Of a stretch of 56,423 nucleotides of DNA, positions 9,728-20,056 are shown piece after piece. The notes beneath the pieces were generated by a model. The model was not told the DNA's origin and made no database searches. It was given only the letters and a program-made list of their open reading frames with translations. This stretch comes from Fidelibacterota bacterium (GTDB taxonomy: Bacteria; Fidelibacterota; Marinisomatia; Marinisomatales; UBA1611): the NCBI GenBank assembly GCA_002718655.1, contig PBFM01000016.1, forward strand, positions 6,013-62,435, in the 5' to 3' direction. How positions within the stretch are numbered: position 1 is the stretch's first letter; the number at the start of each line of letters is the position of its first letter. The position numbers were made by a program, and so were the translations under genes.

Positions 9728-11645
9728 TAAGAAAATCAACTACGCTTGGGTCTGCCAAAGTAGAGATATCACCCATATCATCAAAATCTCCATCAGCAAT
9801 TTTTCTCAATATTCTTCTCATTATTTTTCCTGATCTTGTTTTAGGAAGAGCAGGTGTAAACTTAATTTCATCTGGTTTCGCATGGGGCCCAATATCTTTT
9901 GTTACCGATGCTAAAATCCCATCATATATCTCATTAGAAGGTTCGGTACCTGTCATCAAAATCACAAAAGCATAAATACCTTGTCCTTTAATATCATGGG
10001 GATATCCAACAACTGCAGCCTCAGCAACTCCTTTAGCCTTGCCAATCGCTCCTTCAACTTCAGCTGTTCCGATTCTATGACCGGATACATTTAGGACATC
10101 GTCAACACGACCTGTAATCCAATAGTATCCATCTTTATCTCGCCTTGCACCATCACCAGTAAAATAATATCCAGGAAATTGAGAAAGATATACATCAATA
10201 AAACGTTTATGGTCTCCGTAAACCGATCTCATTTGCCCAGGCCATGAAGAACGAATTGCCAATAATCCAGATACATCATTACCTTCAATTTCTTTTCCGT
10301 CCTCGCCCATTAGAACAGGTTCAATACCAAAAAATGGAAGAGTGGCCGACCCAGGCTTAGTTGCTATTGCTCCTGGAATAGGTGTAATCAATATACCACC
10401 CGTTTCGGTTTGCCACCATGTATCTACAATTGGGCATCTCTCCTTGCCCACGACACTGTGATACCAAAGCCACTCAGGTTCCTTTATGGGTTCACCAACA
10501 GTGCCTAATAGTCTAAGAGATGATAAATCTTTGGATTCAACCCACTTATTTCCTTCTTTCATTAGAGCGCGTAATGCAGTTGGAGCAGTATAAAATTGGT
10601 TTACCTGGTGCTTATCAACTACATCCCAGAAACGACCAAAGTCAGGATAATTTGGAACTCCTTCAAACATCAAGGTTGTCGCTCGATTGGATAAAGGACC
10701 ATAGATAATATATGAATGGCCAGTAATCCATCCAAGATCAGCAGTGCACCAGTAAATATCACCTGGCATATAATCAAATACTAGTTCATGTGTATAGGAA
10801 GCATAAGTTAAATATCCACCAGTTGTGTGAAGCACACCTTTTGGCTTACCTGTAGAACCAGATGTATATAATATGAAAAGCGGATCCTCTGAATCCATAT
10901 TTTCAGGCTTACATTTTGAACTAACCCCTGAAATAGCCTCATGCCACCAAATATCTCTTTCAATATCCATATTCACTGGCTCACCAGTTCTGCGCACAAC
11001 AATTACGTGCTCAATTGATGGAGTTTCTAATAATGCATTATCTGCATTCTTTTTCATATCGATGTTATGTTTGCTTCCTCTTACACCAGTGTCTTGAGTA
11101 ACCAAAATTTTACAGCTGGAATCATTAATCCTATCTCTAAGGGATTCGCTTGAAAATGCTCCAAAAACAACGGAATGGACAGCACCAATTCGAGCACAGG
11201 CTAATACGGCAAAAGCAAGTTCAGGTATCATTTGCATATAAAGACATACTCTATCACCTTTTTTGACACCAAGTTCTTTAAGAGCATTTGAAAAACGGCA
11301 AACTTCCTTTAATAATTCATCATAAGAAATCTTTCTTGATTGATGTAAATCGTTTCCCTCCCAAATAATAGCTGTTTCATTACCAAACCCATTTTCAATG
11401 TGGCGATCAATACAGTTATAAGAAGCATTTAATTTTCCTCCAATAAACCATTTAATATCACCATTTACAAAATCAAAATCTCTTACTTTATCCCAGCTTT
11501 CATACCAAGAAAGTCTTTGGGCAACTTTACCCCAAAACCCATCGGGATCATTAATTGAATATTGATAATGAAGTTTATATTCTTCAAATGAACCAATATG
11601 AGACTTAGATGAAAAATTTTGCTTTGGCTTGAAATATTCACCCAT
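9714..11645 (-). CDS. acs: Acetyl-CoA synthetase (AMP-forming)
   Basis: [53 protein letters not shown]. Start set at the internal ATG (MGEYFKP) just after the upstream stop. Confidence 0.97.
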   Translation of the reverse strand: MGEYFKPKQNFSSKSHIGSFEEYKLHYQYSINDPDGFWGKVAQRLSWYESWDKVRDFDFVNGDIKWFIGGKLNASYNCIDRHIENGFGNETAIIWEGNDLHQSRKISYDELLKEVCRFSNALKELGVKKGDRVCLYMQMIPELAFAVLACARIGAVHSVVFGAFSSESLRDRINDSSCKILVTQDTGVRGSKHNIDMKKNADNALLETPSIEHVIVVRRTGEPVNMDIERDIWWHEAISGVSSKCKPENMDSEDPLFILYTSGSTGKPKGVLHTTGGYLTYASYTHELVFDYMPGDIYWCTADLGWITGHSYIIYGPLSNRATTLMFEGVPNYPDFGRFWDVVDKHQVNQFYTAPTALRALMKEGNKWVESKDLSSLRLLGTVGEPIKEPEWLWYHSVVGKERCPIVDTWWQTETGGILITPIPGAIATKPGSATLPFFGIEPVLMGEDGKEIEGNDVSGLLAIRSSWPGQMRSVYGDHKRFIDVYLSQFPGYYFTGDGARRDKDGYYWITGRVDDVLNVSGHRIGTAEVEGAIGKAKGVAEAAVVGYPHDIKGQGIYAFVILMTGTEPSNEIYDGILASVTKDIGPHAKPDEIKFTPALPKTRSGKIMRRILRKIADGDFDDMGDISTLADPSVVDFLITKK

Positions 11646-11650
11646 CAATT

Positions 11651-12049
11651 TTAACCTATAACCATACAATGGTCGACTTTTTGATAAGTGCCATCATCCA
11701 TTTTTTTTACTGATACGAAAGTAAATCTTGCAGTACAAGCCAATATATTTTGAACAAGTTTAGTTTCTTTATATGCATCTACCTTAATAGAGATTGAGGA
11801 ATTACCAGTTGAAGTAATCCTAGCTTCAAAATTTACCCAATTACCTACATGAACAGGTTCTTTGAATTCAATGGCATCAATCGCTCTTGTAAGTGCAGCA
11901 TCAGCTTTTGATTCTTTCAGAAATCTGTGCACTGCTTTTGCAGCCGCAATATCCATCCAGGAAACCATTTGCCCACCAAATAAAGTACCAAGAATATTTG
12001 CATCCTGAGGCATCACAATTTGAGAATATTTTATTGTTACTGAATTCAT
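11651..12049 (-). CDS. Acyl-CoA thioesterase (hotdog fold, YciA-like)
   Basis: [40 protein letters not shown]. Confidence 0.9.
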   Translation of the reverse strand: MNSVTIKYSQIVMPQDANILGTLFGGQMVSWMDIAAAKAVHRFLKESKADAALTRAIDAIEFKEPVHVGNWVNFEARITSTGNSSISIKVDAYKETKLVQNILACTARFTFVSVKKMDDGTYQKVDHCMVIG

Positions 12050-12060
12050 ATTAATAATTT

Positions 12061-12130
12061 AAAAAAGCCCCGTCAAAGAACCCTCGGAAAAAACTGTTTC
12101 CCCTGAAGAGCACGCCACATCAACGGGGCT
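12061..12130 (-). ncRNA. Candidate structured RNA (long hairpin ending in a U-tract): sRNA, attenuator or elaborate terminator
   Basis: Minus strand reads AGCCCCGTTGA-TGTGGCGT-GCTCTT-CAG-GGGAAA-CAGTT-TTTTCC-GAGGGT-TCT-TTGACGGGGCT-TTTTT. This gives an 11-bp outer stem and two inner stems with several G.U pairs, and is GC-rich within AT-rich DNA. Confidence 0.55.
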
Positions 12131-12140
12131 GAAACATAAT

Positions 12141-12148
12141 CAAACTTA
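12141..12148 (-). promoter_or_regulatory. Putative TAnnTTTG (Bacteroidota-type -7) promoter box
   Basis: TAAGTTTG on the minus strand about 10 nt upstream of the structured element. The same octamer occurs upstream of groES. Confidence 0.35.
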
Positions 12149-12185
12149 AACTATATGTCCTTTTCTAATCAATATATTTCCCATT

Positions 12186-13463
12186 TTAATTTTTTCCATA
12201 TTCTAAAGCAATTTTTTCACCTGCATCAAAATCGACTTTTCTTAATATTATGGCTCCTAAGACAAAAAGAACTAATATAGAAAGTATACCAGTACGTACA
12301 TTACCAGTTAAAATTGTGATATAACCCATTATTAATGGACCAAGCACAGCAGCAAATTTTCCAAGCATATTATAAAAACCAAAAAACTCAGCCTCCTTTC
12401 CCTTAGGTATCAATCGTGAAAACAGACTTCGACTAAGTGCTTGAATTCCACCCTGAAAGCAACCTATAATGACTGCTAATAGATAAAAGTGGAATTTTTC
12501 TGTCATTAGATAGCCTAAAATAGTCGCAACGCCATATCCACAAATAGCAAATAAAACTGCATTTTTCACACCTATTTTGCTACCAAACCAGTTATATAAT
12601 AAAGCTGCTGGAACACCAATAAATTGAACCATTAATATAGCTAAAATCAAATCTGCTGGTTCAAAGCCCATTGAAGAGCCTACCTTTACTGCCATCCTTA
12701 CTATGGTAGCAACACCATCCTCATATAGCCAGTAAGCTAAAAGGAAAGTACCAATGATTTTCATTTCTCTAATATTTTTGTATGTTTCATTTATTTGCTT
12801 AAAACCACTAGAAATAGCATTTCGAATTGGAATCTTTTTTGTTTTATTAGGTTCAGGAAAAAAAAAGATAATTGGTAAAGTAAAAACCCCCCACCATATA
12901 GATACTGAAATAAAAGAAATACGAATCGCAGTAGATTGATCTGGAATTCCAAACCAACTAGGATTTAAATACATCAATACATTAATTAAAAACAATAACC
13001 CTCCTCCTAGGTATCCTAAAGAATAACCCAATGATGAAACATAATCTATTTTTTCTTTTTTTGCTACAGATGGTAAAAGTGAATCATAAAATATATTACC
13101 AGCCATAAATCCCACAGTTGACATAATATATAAAATTGCAGCTAATTTCCACTGCCCTTGTTGAACAAACCATAATCCTCCAGTCATTATGATACCAAGA
13201 AACGCAAAAGTAATTAAGAATTTCTTTTTTGCAGATCCTTTATCAGCAATTGCCCCTAAAATGGGAGCAACTAATGCAATAATTATGGAAGAAATTGAAT
13301 TGGCAATTCCAAGGTGGTAAGTACTCTGGATTACATCATCAGGATTAGACCAATATTTTTCAAAAAATATAGGAAAAAACCCTGCCATTACAGTTGTGGC
13401 ATAAACAGAATTTGCCCAATCATAAAAAGCCCATGAGATAATTTTTTTTCTACTTTCCTTCAT
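12186..13463 (-). CDS. MFS transporter, Atg22/UMF1-like family
   Basis: SWAFYDWANS, P.LGAIAD, N.FYDSLLP, GYSLGYLGG, GGIQALSRS, EFFGFY, GKFAAVLGP. Start at MKESRKK. Confidence 0.9.
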   Translation of the reverse strand: MKESRKKIISWAFYDWANSVYATTVMAGFFPIFFEKYWSNPDDVIQSTYHLGIANSISSIIIALVAPILGAIADKGSAKKKFLITFAFLGIIMTGGLWFVQQGQWKLAAILYIMSTVGFMAGNIFYDSLLPSVAKKEKIDYVSSLGYSLGYLGGGLLFLINVLMYLNPSWFGIPDQSTAIRISFISVSIWWGVFTLPIIFFFPEPNKTKKIPIRNAISSGFKQINETYKNIREMKIIGTFLLAYWLYEDGVATIVRMAVKVGSSMGFEPADLILAILMVQFIGVPAALLYNWFGSKIGVKNAVLFAICGYGVATILGYLMTEKFHFYLLAVIIGCFQGGIQALSRSLFSRLIPKGKEAEFFGFYNMLGKFAAVLGPLIMGYITILTGNVRTGILSILVLFVLGAIILRKVDFDAGEKIALEYGKN

Positions 13464-13467
13464 TATT

Positions 13468-15003
13468 TCACCACCCTTGATAATAGGCAATAATACCTCC
13501 ATACAAATTCCATCCAGAATAAGTATTATTTGATGCGAGATTATTCTTGAGACCTAAAAAACAATCAAATGGAAGCGAACCAATACGATATTTTGAATTT
13601 GAATTTAAAAATCTAAACTCTGTTATTAAATCCACTTTATTATATGTTGGTGAATTACCAGAATAATTCTCCATCCATTCATCCCATTTAGAGTCACCAG
13701 AAATGTAATTATCTTTGCTTTTGTATTGAACTAACAGTTCTGCTACCATATGCATCTTCTTTGGAATTTGTTCAATTTCTACCCCTGCATTAAACATGAA
13801 GCCAGTCCCCTTATCGTATTTATAAGTATTACCAATATTTGCTAAAATTGAATCAGGATGTGTATGCCCGCCTGAGAAAAATCTCACGGGGGTATTCAAA
13901 GTAGCGGTTGTACTAAATTGCACGTTGCTCTGGAAAAATATTCTGCGAACATTTTTTGATTGGATACTTCTACTACCTAATAGACCTACAGTCCATCTAC
14001 TAATACCATCACCAATTTTTGCTTCACTAAATTGTTTGGAACCTGAGTCTAGATATTGTGTTAGGGTCTTTCCATAAGGAATTGTAAAAGAAATTTGTCC
14101 ATAGATAGCATCTCCTGGTCCATCAATTTTCCAGGGCTGTACACCATTAAGTAAAAAAGTTGTACCGATTTTGATATCATTCAATCCGCTACCATTAATT
14201 TTTTCTGGGTAGTAATGCGAGACTATGTCACTAATCGTAACAGAATCTTTATTGATAGCAGAAGGGATAAAGCTTTCATCAATTAATAAATTATTAATAG
14301 GGTCATCTTGAGAATGGAAGGCCCATTTAACTGAATATTTCCCATTGTTTGTATAAAACATTTGATAAATCATTTGAAGAGTATCTTTAAGACCATTTCG
14401 AAGATTATTGTATTTATTTGAATCAAAAAAATTATTGAAGTCCTGTCTAGCATTTTGGTGATAATCAACAAGAAGTTTAGCACCATCAATCTTATCAACT
14501 GAATAGTTTGAAAATAATTGATTCACCTCATATGATTCTATAAATGGAATCGAGATGCTAAGAGTTACCTCATCAGACATGCCATAATCTATTTTGATAG
14601 CATTAATATTTATTTTTCTTATCCTATCTTCGTTAAAAATACCGCTAGGGGCAATTATATGTGACGTGTCTATATTTTGAGACTCAAATGTTGGTAGTGA
14701 GCAAGAATGTACCGAATTAAAATTGGTTATCCATTCCTCCAATGTATTAGAAGAATCAATATTCATACTCCCATTATGGTATAAATCAAAATTTGATGAA
14801 AATCTAAGCGAATCGTTATGTGTTTCATAATCAAAGTATTTCTTTCCTATTCCTCTTAAGGCAAATTGATTATTTTTTATATTCCAGTTTGCGTTAGAAA
14901 AACTTTTACTGACTGAGAAACGAAAAACATTCCTAGGGATTGTTGATGGAATTTGACAAAAGAGAAATTGTGTAATTATAAAATATAATAGGATTTTCTT
15001 CAT
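13468..15003 (-). CDS. Secreted protein, probable outer-membrane beta-barrel channel (COG4313/MetA-pathway-like features)
   Basis: Signal peptide. Motifs IDYGMSDEVTLSISIPF, SGLNDIKIG, FTIPYG and IGDG resemble that family. Amphipathic beta-strands and a terminal aromatic residue (YYQGW). Confidence 0.5.
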   Translation of the reverse strand: MKKILLYFIITQFLFCQIPSTIPRNVFRFSVSKSFSNANWNIKNNQFALRGIGKKYFDYETHNDSLRFSSNFDLYHNGSMNIDSSNTLEEWITNFNSVHSCSLPTFESQNIDTSHIIAPSGIFNEDRIRKININAIKIDYGMSDEVTLSISIPFIESYEVNQLFSNYSVDKIDGAKLLVDYHQNARQDFNNFFDSNKYNNLRNGLKDTLQMIYQMFYTNNGKYSVKWAFHSQDDPINNLLIDESFIPSAINKDSVTISDIVSHYYPEKINGSGLNDIKIGTTFLLNGVQPWKIDGPGDAIYGQISFTIPYGKTLTQYLDSGSKQFSEAKIGDGISRWTVGLLGSRSIQSKNVRRIFFQSNVQFSTTATLNTPVRFFSGGHTHPDSILANIGNTYKYDKGTGFMFNAGVEIEQIPKKMHMVAELLVQYKSKDNYISGDSKWDEWMENYSGNSPTYNKVDLITEFRFLNSNSKYRIGSLPFDCFLGLKNNLASNNTYSGWNLYGGIIAYYQGW

Positions 15004-16310
15004 TAGTACATCAAGAATTTTGATCTAAACTCACTAAACTCATAAACGTCTCTTGCCCATATTGCTGGCAAATTTTCTGATGATTTTCCCTGAGCAGAAA
15101 TAATTCGTAAATCATTTGTTCCGTACAACTTATCTATATAATCATTATCTGCCCATTTAAACTGATGAGGATGTAGTTTTTGTATAAGAATCATCATCGT
15201 AATAGCTGTTCTGATTGGATCATAGATATTTTTATCTATTACTTTAATTTTTATGCCACTACATGACTTTCCATCGTATTTTGGCGCTATAGAATGATAT
15301 ACAGACCCATTAGGCCTATATTTGACATCTTTAAAAATCACGCCTGGAAGATTAAAATCAGCTAATTTTTTCATTAGAAATGAGGTTTCAAGCCATGGTG
15401 CACCAACCAACATATATGGTGTTTTTGTGCCAAAACCTATATTCATGTTTGTGCCTTTGAATAGATACATCCCACCATAAACAAGGAGACTAATAGGATC
15501 TCTTATGTACGGTAAAGGATTACGCCAAATTAAACTGGTATTTTCAAACCACATATCCCTATCCCAATTAGATAATGGAAGGATACTCAAATCAATTCTC
15601 TTAGAATTATTTACCCAACCCATTTCATTAATTATTAGGGCAATTTCTCCAATGGTTAACCCATGCCTAATTGGCAGTAAGTGGTATGATTCAAATGATT
15701 GAAATTCAGTTCTTGGTACTGGACCATCAACAACATCACCTCTAATTGGATTTGGTCTGTCTAAAATTAATACGGGTACATTATGGTTTGATGCTGATTC
15801 AAATACCTTAGTCATAGTTGCTAAAAAAGTTGAATAGCGACTTCCAGTTTCTTGAAAATCAACTAGTATAAGATCAATTTTATCCATAACCCACCTCGGA
15901 GGGTAAAGGTATGTGTTAAATAAGTCAATAACCATCGCACCGTGTACAGGTTCTATTTTATCTCTGCTAATCATTTTTGATCGATTATCATCTATCCCCC
16001 AAACACCATGTTCAAAAGCAAGCAAGAAGGAAATTTTGATATCTTTTTGATCTCTAATAATATCAAGTAAATGCATACCATTCTTATTAATTGCTGTCTG
16101 ATTAGTTAAAATAGCGATGGTTTTATTTTTTAACAGTTTAAAATCCATTTGCTCTAGAATATCGAGCCCAGTATAAACCTCATCCAAAAAAGATAAATCG
16201 GGAATGGATATAATTTTAGTATGATTAAAGCGCTTAATAATCGAATCTTTGCCATTAACCAATGCAGGTAAAAGAAAAATGATAATAGATAAGGTTCTCA
16301 ATATATTCAT
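15003..16310 (-). CDS. DUF1343 / NamZ-family exo-beta-N-acetylmuramidase-like protein
   Basis: TGLD.L, LTNQTA, EHG, LDRPNPI, LPIRHGLTIGEIA, GTN...G.GT..PY..VGAPW. Signal peptide. Confidence 0.88.
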   Translation of the reverse strand: MNILRTLSIIIFLLPALVNGKDSIIKRFNHTKIISIPDLSFLDEVYTGLDILEQMDFKLLKNKTIAILTNQTAINKNGMHLLDIIRDQKDIKISFLLAFEHGVWGIDDNRSKMISRDKIEPVHGAMVIDLFNTYLYPPRWVMDKIDLILVDFQETGSRYSTFLATMTKVFESASNHNVPVLILDRPNPIRGDVVDGPVPRTEFQSFESYHLLPIRHGLTIGEIALIINEMGWVNNSKRIDLSILPLSNWDRDMWFENTSLIWRNPLPYIRDPISLLVYGGMYLFKGTNMNIGFGTKTPYMLVGAPWLETSFLMKKLADFNLPGVIFKDVKYRPNGSVYHSIAPKYDGKSCSGIKIKVIDKNIYDPIRTAITMMILIQKLHPHQFKWADNDYIDKLYGTNDLRIISAQGKSSENLPAIWARDVYEFSEFRSKFLMY

Positions 16311-16420
16311 TATATAAAATAAAATTACCTCGAAAAAATGAAATCAAAAAAAGAAAGTCATTTATTTTTTAGGCAGTTCTATTGATTTTAATTATTTTCC
16401 GTGGCACATTTGAGGACATT

Positions 16421-17968
16421 ATGAGTGATTCAAGCAATAATAATAGTGGAGGTTTTGCAAAAACAACTGATTTTAAGTGGTTAGGTATTGGAATCCTGAT
16501 TTTTGTTCTTATCGGATTTATTATGCCTACTCCACAGTCTATGTTGGATAAAGCAACAAGCCATTTCCCAACCCTAAGTGAAAGTCATCAAACATTTGTT
16601 GGAGATGATAGTCGATTAGCAGTTCACATAAAACTAACTATGGCGTTACTTGCCACTTGTGTTGTTTTCTTTGCTACTGAAGCTGTACCAATGCCTGCAG
16701 TAGCATTATTAATTGGGTTGGTACAATTATTTTTTGGTATTACTTCTCCCTCCGTGTTGGCAAAAACATATGCACACGATGCTGTATGGTTCATTGCGGG
16801 TTCTTTGGCATTGGGGGCAACTTTGGTCAAATATGGACTTGATAAAAGAGTAGGAATGTTAGTTGTAAATCTTGCAGGAACCAAAACAAGATCAATTGTT
16901 ATTGGTATTCTATTAGGTACTGCTATCCCTACTGCTTTTGTAGGTGAACATGCTGTAGCTGCAATGTATGTGCCTATAGCATTAGCTTTGTATACTCTAA
17001 CGAATAAGTCTACTCCTTCTCCAAACCTTGGGACATTACTCATGGTTACAATTGCTGTTGGATGTATGATAGGAGGGCCTATGAGTCCTACTGGTGGAGC
17101 TCGCAATGCACTTATGATTGGATTTTTAGGAAATATGGATATTGATGTGTCTTTCATGCAATGGATATCGATGGGAGTAATGTATACAATAATAATGTCT
17201 ATTGTAATGGCATTCTTACTACCGTTTTTATTTAAGCCAGAAGTAGATGACCTTAGTGAAGCTGTTGGATTACTTAAAAAAGACCTTGAAAAACACGGTG
17301 ATATGACAAATCAACAAAAACTTGTTGCTGGGATTATGGCTTTAGTAGTCTTTCTTTGGATTACTGACAAATCACTTGTAAATGATTTGTTTGGTTTTTC
17401 TCTTGGCTTGGGTGGCATTGCCATAACTGGAGCTGTCCTTTATATGCTATTTGGTCTAACATCTTGGAAAGATTATGAAGAAAAAGTAAGCTGGGGTGTT
17501 ATTGTACTATATGCTGGCTGCATTAGCCTTGGAATTGTTTTTAAAAATACTGGTGCATCAAGTTGGTTCGCAGACCAAATAATGATGCTTGTTGCTCCAT
17601 TAGGTCTGAATTCAGGTGTTGGTCTTGTCATACTTATGTGTGTAATAGGTGCCGTTTTAACAAATTTAATGAGCGCTGGTGCTACTGTTGCCGTCATAGG
17701 ACCAGTTGTATTAGATATGGCTATAAGTTCAGGTACTAATCCAGTACTAGTAGGTATTGGTCTTGCAATAGCGACCTCTATGGCCTACTGGCTTGTGATT
17801 GGTACTCCAGCAAGTTCTATTGTATATGCAAGTGGACAATTAGAATCAAAAGATTTTATTAGAATGGCTACAATGGGTTGGCCTGCTGCATTAATAGCGC
17901 TATCTGGAATCATCATTTTATGGTGGGTTGGTGTTCTAGGTATTGACCCAAACAGTATTGGTTTCTAA
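16421..17968 (+). CDS. SLC13/DASS family anion (dicarboxylate/sulfate):Na+ symporter
   Basis: FFATEAVP, YGLDKR, IGGPMSPTGGARN, VSWGVIVLYAG, IGTPASSIVYASG. GAGG RBS before ATG 16421. Confidence 0.9.
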   Translation: MSDSSNNNSGGFAKTTDFKWLGIGILIFVLIGFIMPTPQSMLDKATSHFPTLSESHQTFVGDDSRLAVHIKLTMALLATCVVFFATEAVPMPAVALLIGLVQLFFGITSPSVLAKTYAHDAVWFIAGSLALGATLVKYGLDKRVGMLVVNLAGTKTRSIVIGILLGTAIPTAFVGEHAVAAMYVPIALALYTLTNKSTPSPNLGTLLMVTIAVGCMIGGPMSPTGGARNALMIGFLGNMDIDVSFMQWISMGVMYTIIMSIVMAFLLPFLFKPEVDDLSEAVGLLKKDLEKHGDMTNQQKLVAGIMALVVFLWITDKSLVNDLFGFSLGLGGIAITGAVLYMLFGLTSWKDYEEKVSWGVIVLYAGCISLGIVFKNTGASSWFADQIMMLVAPLGLNSGVGLVILMCVIGAVLTNLMSAGATVAVIGPVVLDMAISSGTNPVLVGIGLAIATSMAYWLVIGTPASSIVYASGQLESKDFIRMATMGWPAALIALSGIIILWWVGVLGIDPNSIGF

Positions 17969-17981
17969 AGGAGGACTAACT

Positions 17982-18308
17982 ATGGATATTAATACAATAA
18001 TATTGGTCATCATACTAGCAGTAATGATTTATGCTATCTCTGAACATCTTAAAGATAAAAATGCAGATGCTGAAAGTACTAAGCAAAAAACAATTTCTGA
18101 AAAAGAAGATTTATCAAATGAAGAAGTATCGACCTACGGCCAAGTGCAAGAAAGAAAAAAACAGCTTATAGCTTTAATTGAAAACAACCTATCTGAACAT
18201 CCAGAAGAATCAGAACAATTGAAGGATATTATTGAAGACTGGGCTGAATTGAAAATAGAAGCCTTTCAAAATAGACGGTCTTGGGTAAGGGCATCACCTT
18301 CCGATTAG
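17982..18308 (+). CDS. Small membrane-anchored hypothetical protein
   Basis: Strong AGGAGG RBS just after the DASS stop. One N-terminal TM helix, then an acidic helical domain. Confidence 0.75.
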   Translation: MDINTIILVIILAVMIYAISEHLKDKNADAESTKQKTISEKEDLSNEEVSTYGQVQERKKQLIALIENNLSEHPEESEQLKDIIEDWAELKIEAFQNRRSWVRASPSD

Positions 18309-18406
18309 AAATATTAAATTTGATATATTCCTAATTTTCCAAAACTGAATTATTATTAGAAATTCATACTAATCCATTTTCGCTAGTTTAGTACTCTTTT
18401 ATCCCA

Positions 18407-18834
18407 TTGCAAATCAAGCTTGTAACCATCGGAAAAATCAAAGAAAATATTTATAGAAATCGCATATATGAATACCTTAAATGGATAAATAATGACATAC
18501 CTATTGAAATAGTTTTTTTAAAAAATGATAGAATTGATAAGTTAAATAAAAAGTTACTATCACATTTAAAAAAGCAAGATCATACGATTTGTATTTCAGA
18601 GGAGGGTGCCATTCATTCCTCAAAAAACTTTTCCAAATTAATTCATAATCAAAGCAAGGATATAACTTTCTTTATTGGCGGGCATGATGGCACTCAGAAT
18701 TTGTTAAAAGAGAAACAAATGAAATAATGTCTCTTTCTTTAATGACTTTTCCACAAGAATTAGCATTATTAATACTTGTGGAGCAAATATACAGAGGGAT
18801 ATCAATATTTAAGGGTAGTAAGTATCACCGATAG
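18407..18834 (+). pseudogene. rlmH: 23S rRNA (pseudouridine1915-N3)-methyltransferase RlmH, frameshifted near 18690
   Basis: The first frame gives IKLVTIGKIK...EEG..HSS.NFS...[11 protein letters not shown] shifted frame continues [47 protein letters not shown], the canonical RlmH C-terminus, ending at 18834. May be a sequencing error. Confidence 0.85.
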
Positions 18835-18843
18835 CGATATAAG

Positions 18844-19947
18844 TTAAATGGCTATATGTTCTGTCCTTCCTTGAATTGCAGTTAGTAGAGCATATGCTGT
18901 AGTATTGATATCTTTTGCAATGAGTTCAATAGGTATTTTATTTCCATTTTTATTCCCGAAAATCAAAACTTCTTCTCCCAATTGAGGTTCAACATTGCCA
19001 AAGTCTACCATAAATTGATCCATACAAATTCTGCCTGCAATTTTAAAATATGCACCATTATAACCTATATAACCATTCTCATACCACTGGCGAGGAATTC
19101 CATCCGAAAAGCCAGTTTGAATTACACCAATGTTTGTTGATTTTGATGTAGTATAAACTCCACCATAGCTTACTTGAGTATTCGGTTCAACTTTCCTGAT
19201 ATTTACTATTGGACCACAAAAACTCATAACCGGCTCTACATCTAAAGTCATCTTTACTTCATCAGACGGAGCAACACCATAAACTAACATCCCAACTCTT
19301 ACTGAATTGAAAAGGGATTCATTTAAATTCAATATAGAACCGCTATTTGAGCAGTGTATGTAATTAAAACTTATACCAACCTTAGCTGCATCTGTCAATA
19401 ATGAGTTAAATAATTTCAATTGATAATTTGCATATGACAAATCGCCTTCATCTGCAGTTGAAAAATGAGAATAAATTCCAATAATTTTTAAAACAGGATT
19501 ATCTAAAATAAATTGAAAGATATCATTTCTTTCTTTCAAATCAAACCCAAGTCGTGTCATACCTGTATCAAATTTTAGATGAATTGATGGACAATAGCCT
19601 TTTGATTCGAAAATTTTTCTAAGCAATATTAAATCATCTAAATGTGCTGCATTAACCCAGAAATTATTTTGATATGCTAAATCTAGCCAATTTTCTTGTA
19701 TTCTTGAAAATATCAATATAGGATTATCTACTCCACCCTCTCTTAACTCCATTGCCTCTTCAATTGAGAAAACACAAAAAATCATTTCCTTATTAAAAGA
19801 TAAAAATTTTGATATGATGAGGGCACCGTGGCCATATCCATTAGCCTTCACAACAATCATAAGATTTCTAGAACCAATGCGAGATTTTATAATCTCAATA
19901 TTTTTTTTTAGCCTTTCTTTGTGTATGTAGGCTTTAGGACCAATCAT
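18844..19947 (-). CDS. alr: Alanine racemase
   Basis: VVKANGYGHG (PLP Lys), HLKFDTGMTRLG, SHFSTAD, VSYG, GRICMDQ. Confidence 0.97.
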   Translation of the reverse strand: MIGPKAYIHKERLKKNIEIIKSRIGSRNLMIVVKANGYGHGALIISKFLSFNKEMIFCVFSIEEAMELREGGVDNPILIFSRIQENWLDLAYQNNFWVNAAHLDDLILLRKIFESKGYCPSIHLKFDTGMTRLGFDLKERNDIFQFILDNPVLKIIGIYSHFSTADEGDLSYANYQLKLFNSLLTDAAKVGISFNYIHCSNSGSILNLNESLFNSVRVGMLVYGVAPSDEVKMTLDVEPVMSFCGPIVNIRKVEPNTQVSYGGVYTTSKSTNIGVIQTGFSDGIPRQWYENGYIGYNGAYFKIAGRICMDQFMVDFGNVEPQLGEEVLIFGNKNGNKIPIELIAKDINTTAYALLTAIQGRTEHIAI

Positions 19948-20056
19948 ATGTTTTTTTTATTTGGAATTTTTTATATTCTAAAATTAACAGTTATTTATTT
20001 GTCTAAAAGCTATTATTGTAGTCCACCAGATTAAAAAATATTATTTGAACTAAATT

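Noticed and set aside
12061-12130. Identification of the hairpin as SRP RNA, 6S RNA or a preQ1 riboswitch
   Set aside because: CAGG-G-GAAA-C-AG lacks the 3-bp helix and AGCAG of SRP domain IV. It is too short for 6S. CCCTC..AAAAAACT lacks the 5' P1 strand of preQ1-I.
12095-12136. CTGAAGA...GAAAC on the plus strand resembling a hammerhead ribozyme core
   Set aside because: Stem I cannot form (only TCCC between the putative cleavage triplet and CUGA), and stem II lacks proper closing pairs.
16624-17697. Antisense ORFs of 177 and 74 aa within the DASS gene (similarly 30208..30744, 35256..35666, 25377..25772, 7771..8124)
   Set aside because: Shadow ORFs opposite well-supported genes, with no motifs or RBS.
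17982-18308. Faint resemblance of the small protein's C-terminus to the FliF tail
   Set aside because: Only a few residues match, and no flagellar genes are in the window.
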